Shown here one piece after another: positions 58,186 to 64,000 of a stretch of 64,000 bases of DNA. The notes under the pieces were generated by a model, which worked only from the letters and a program-made list of their open reading frames with translations, had not been told where the DNA came from and ran no database searches. The stretch is taken from the NCBI GenBank assembly GCA_965233865.1, contig OZ247587.1:320001-384000 (forward strand), in the 5' to 3' direction. Each line of letters begins with the position of its first letter. Positions within the stretch are counted from its first letter, which is position 1. The translations under genes were made by a program, and so were the position numbers. Source of the DNA: Candidatus Neptunichlamydia sp. Lineage in GTDB: Bacteria; Chlamydiota; Chlamydiia; Chlamydiales; Simkaniaceae.

Positions 58186-58515
58186 ATGAAAAAACGGATA
58201 CCTAGAAATTATGATGGAGCTACGCCGACAGGAAGACAAATCAAGGAATTACTTCCTGAGATTTTGTTCGATCTTTCTGCGAAGTTAAACGATAAACCAG
58301 ACCGAATGCTAGCCGCGTGGCCTGAGATTGTGGGGAAGAGAATCAGTAAAATGTCCCGCGCAGTTAGCTTTGAGGATGGAGTTCTCAGAGTTCAAGTGAA
58401 AAACTCTACTCTTAATAGTTTGCTCGTTGAGCACGAAAAACCTCGCCTTGTGGCGGCGTTTCGAAAGAGATTTCCAAAAGTTACTTTTCGGAACATTTTT
58501 TTTAGGATAGGATAA
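58186..58515 (+). CDS. DUF721/DciA family protein
   Basis: AWPEIVGKRI...GVLRVQVKNS; lies directly upstream of gyrB. Confidence 0.85.
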   Translation: MKKRIPRNYDGATPTGRQIKELLPEILFDLSAKLNDKPDRMLAAWPEIVGKRISKMSRAVSFEDGVLRVQVKNSTLNSLLVEHEKPRLVAAFRKRFPKVTFRNIFFRIG

Positions 58516-58525
58516 AAACGAATAG

Positions 58526-61027
<2,502 letters not shown>

Positions 61028-61038
61028 TAGGAGAAATC

Positions 61039-63513
61039 ATGTCCTACCTTGAAGGAGAAACAGTTGTTCCACGGAGTGTGGAAGAGGAGATGAAGGAGAG
61101 TTATCTTCGTTACTCCATGTCGGTCATTATTGCCCGCGCTCTTCCAGATGTTCGCGACGGCCTCAAACCATCGCAGCGTCGTATCCTTTTTGCGATGCGT
61201 CAGCTTAATTTGAGCCCAGGGGCTAAACACAGAAAGTGTGCGAAAATTTGTGGTGACACCTCCGGGGATTACCATCCTCATGGTGAACAAGTTATCTACC
61301 CTACCCTTGTCCGGATGGCACAAGACTGGGTAATGCGCTACACAATGGTGCAGGGACAAGGAAACTTCGGTTCTATCGATGGGGATCCTCCTGCTGCAAT
61401 GAGATACACCGAAGCACGCCTTACGAAACCTTCAATGGCTCTTATGGAGGACCTCGATAAAGAAACAGTCGAGTATGTTCCCAACTATGATGAAACTAAG
61501 AGAGAACCAACAGTTTTTCCTGCAAAATTCCCTAATCTTCTTTGCAATGGATCCTCTGGAATTGCGGTTGGGATGGCGACTAACATTCCTCCCCACAACT
61601 TGAAAGAACTCTGCAGAGCGACTGAACTGGTGATCGACAATCCAAAAGTTTCGATCGATGAGATTATGGAAGTGATGCCTGCTCCTGATTTTCCAACAGG
61701 TGGAATGATTTGTGGTTATCGAGGGATTAAAGAAGCTTTCCATACCGGTCGCGGTAAGCTCATGCTCCGAGGAACGCTTCATGTCGAAGATATCAAAAAC
61801 TCAGATAAGCAACGTATTGTGATTGACGAAGTTCCATACAATATGAACAAGTCCCGTCTCGTAGAGAGGATTGCTAATCTTGTGAATGATAAGCAGATTA
61901 CTGGGGTTTCTGATATCAGAGATGAGTCTGACAAAGATGGAATGCGAGTGGTGATTGAGATGAAGAAGGGAGAAATTCCTGACGTCATTATCAATCAGCT
62001 CTATAAATTCACCGATATGCAAGTGACTTTCGGTTGTAACATGCTAGCCCTTGATAAAGGTCTTCCGCGTATCATGAACGTTAAGCAGATGATTGCTGCT
62101 TGGGTTGATCACCGTATTGAGGTTGTCCGTGCAAGAACACGCTTTGAACTCAATAAGGCGGAAGCACGCGCGCACATCCTAGAAGGTTACCTTAAAGCCC
62201 TAGATCATCTCGATGAAGTTGTTAAGTTGATTCGAAGAAGCCAAAACAGGGATGAAGCTAAGGTCAAACTGATCGAGAAATATGAATTCTCCGACCGCCA
62301 AGTTAACGCTGTTCTTGACCTCAAACTCTACCAACTAACCGGAATGGAGAAAGAGAAAATTGAAGGAGAATACGCCGATCTTCAAGCAAAAATTGCTCAT
62401 TATCGCGCTATTCTTGCAAGGGAAACCCTTGTAAGAGGAATCATTAAAGAAGAACTTCAAGAAGTGCAAGCTTTTGATAAGACAGACAGAAAGACACAGA
62501 TTGTTCCTGCTGAAGGAGAGTTTCAGATGGAAGATCTGATTGCTGATGAGCCAGTGATCCTGACCATCTCCAATGATGATTACATCAAGAGAATGCCGAT
62601 TGGAACCTTTAAAGAGCAGAAAAGAGGTGGGCAGGGCGTGATTGGTTTTGATCATAAGAAAGAGACTGACACAATTAAAGACATTTATGTAGCCTCAACC
62701 CATGATACTATTATGTTCTTTACAAACTTTGGTCGTGTTTACTGGGTCAAAGTATGGCAAATTCCTGAATCAGGTAGACGCTCAAAAGGAAAACCTCTTG
62801 TTAATCTTCTTGAAGGGTTAAGTAAAGGGGAGCAAATTGCAGCGCAGCTCCGGGTCCGTCGCTTTGATGAAGAAGGAGCTTCGATTCTTTTAGCTACTAA
62901 GCAGGGCGTGGTGAAAAAAACTCTTTTAGAGTCTTTCAGTTCCCCTCGCCGAAAAGGGGTCTATGCGATCAATATCGATGATGCTGATGAAGTGATTGCT
63001 GCTCATATCGTTCGTTTTAAAGAGCAAGTAATGCTCTTTACTCATGAAGGAATGGCAGTTCGTTTTGACCAAGACCAAGTGCGTACAATGGGAAGAGTGG
63101 CTCGAGGGGTTCGCGGAGTCAAACTCAAAAGCAGCAGTGATCGCGTTGTTTCTTGTGAAGTGGTGCGTGGCAATGAAACTGTCCTTGTTGTCTGCGAAAA
63201 TGGTTTTGGAAAGAGATCTAGTGTTGAGCAGTTTAGACACACTAAGCGAGGAGGGGTAGGAGTTCGTTCGATTATCACCAGCAAACGTAATGGACAAGTG
63301 GTCGGAGCTCTTTCTGTTGGTGATAAGGACAGCGTTGTCTTAATGGCGAGCTCTGGACATACCCTTCGTCTTAGCATGCAAGATATCCGAGTGATGGGAC
63401 GCTCTACTCAAGGAGTGAAAGTCGTCAATTTGAAAAATAGCGACACCCTAATTGCAATGCAAAAGATCGAACACCTCGAAGAAGAAGAAAAAGAGAGTGA
63501 AGAAGAGAAGTAA
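61039..63513 (+). CDS. gyrA: DNA gyrase subunit A
   Basis: Motifs RALPDVRDGLKP, YHPHGE, AAMRYTE and the GyrA-box QKRGGQG. Confidence 0.98.
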   Translation: MSYLEGETVVPRSVEEEMKESYLRYSMSVIIARALPDVRDGLKPSQRRILFAMRQLNLSPGAKHRKCAKICGDTSGDYHPHGEQVIYPTLVRMAQDWVMRYTMVQGQGNFGSIDGDPPAAMRYTEARLTKPSMALMEDLDKETVEYVPNYDETKREPTVFPAKFPNLLCNGSSGIAVGMATNIPPHNLKELCRATELVIDNPKVSIDEIMEVMPAPDFPTGGMICGYRGIKEAFHTGRGKLMLRGTLHVEDIKNSDKQRIVIDEVPYNMNKSRLVERIANLVNDKQITGVSDIRDESDKDGMRVVIEMKKGEIPDVIINQLYKFTDMQVTFGCNMLALDKGLPRIMNVKQMIAAWVDHRIEVVRARTRFELNKAEARAHILEGYLKALDHLDEVVKLIRRSQNRDEAKVKLIEKYEFSDRQVNAVLDLKLYQLTGMEKEKIEGEYADLQAKIAHYRAILARETLVRGIIKEELQEVQAFDKTDRKTQIVPAEGEFQMEDLIADEPVILTISNDDYIKRMPIGTFKEQKRGGQGVIGFDHKKETDTIKDIYVASTHDTIMFFTNFGRVYWVKVWQIPESGRRSKGKPLVNLLEGLSKGEQIAAQLRVRRFDEEGASILLATKQGVVKKTLLESFSSPRRKGVYAINIDDADEVIAAHIVRFKEQVMLFTHEGMAVRFDQDQVRTMGRVARGVRGVKLKSSSDRVVSCEVVRGNETVLVVCENGFGKRSSVEQFRHTKRGGVGVRSIITSKRNGQVVGALSVGDKDSVVLMASSGHTLRLSMQDIRVMGRSTQGVKVVNLKNSDTLIAMQKIEHLEEEEKESEEEK

Positions 63514-64000
63514 AGGTTTCTTCTTAACCTTTGAAGGTGGAGAAGGGGCAGGGAAAACCACCCTGATCAATCGCGTTTACGGTGTGCTCACAGCAAAAGG
63601 ACACTCTGTGATCCGGACGCTGGAGCCAGGTGGAACTTCTTTGGGAAAAGAAATCCGAAACCTTCTCCTTCATCAAAAAAAAAGCCCTATCTGTCGGCAA
63701 AGTGAATTATTCCTCTATCTAGCTGACCGTGCTCAGCACGTTCAGGAACTTATTCTGCCCGCTCTTGAAGAAGGGAAAATCGTTCTTTGTGATCGGTTTA
63801 ACGATTCCACACTAGCTTATCAGGGCATGGCTCGTTCTTTAAATGTGGACCTTCTCCGTGGGCTCTGTTTAGCTGCCACGGATGGGCTGATTCCTCACCT
63901 GACCCTGTATCTAGATCTTGATCCGAAAGTTGGACTCGTACGGGCGAAACAAAAAAACACCTACGATCGCCTAGAAGAGGAAAATCTTAGCTTTCACACA
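63497..64000 (+). CDS. tmk: Thymidylate kinase (partial, runs off the window end; not in ORF track)
   Basis: From GTG 63497: KKRSKGFFLTFEGGEGAGKTT...EPGGT...LADRAQH...CDRFNDSTLAYQG. Confidence 0.93.
   Translation, partial: MKKRSKGFFLTFEGGEGAGKTTLINRVYGVLTAKGHSVIRTLEPGGTSLGKEIRNLLLHQKKSPICRQSELFLYLADRAQHVQELILPALEEGKIVLCDRFNDSTLAYQGMARSLNVDLLRGLCLAATDGLIPHLTLYLDLDPKVGLVRAKQKNTYDRLEEENLSFHT

Overview
Chromosomal window from an environmental chlamydia (Chlamydiota; the protein style and the DUF721-gyrB-gyrA-tmk order suggest a Simkania/Parachlamydia-like organism, which is an inference). Housekeeping genes: rnr, folD, apbE, suhB, galE, a priming sugar transferase, murJ, mnmA, glmS, mgtE, a classical menaquinone operon (menG-F-D-H-B-A-C-E) with a separate MenI-type thioesterase, and dciA/gyrB/gyrA/tmk. 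Accessory content: a 4088-aa giant protein with a DUF3638-like SF2 P-loop module, a 1233-aa orphan, two convergent Pht-like MFS transporters, a GH63-like glycosidase and a Na+/solute symporter pseudogene. A 53-aa cysteine-rich lipoprotein (OmcA-like) is missing from the ORF track. A decayed mobile region at about 39.7-48.7 kb holds IS630 and IS3 remnants, a traD fragment and a DUF1016 fragment. Inside it sits an intact three-gene cassette, all with predicted signal peptides: a RanBP2-type zinc-finger small protein, a 325-aa protein with DUF3793-like motifs, and a degenerate Mip-like FKBP. This cassette is the best candidate for an undescribed system. An insertion of about 815 bp appears to have separated menH from its original start codon. 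I saw no rRNA, tRNA or CRISPR array. All family assignments come from motif recognition by eye, not from searches.
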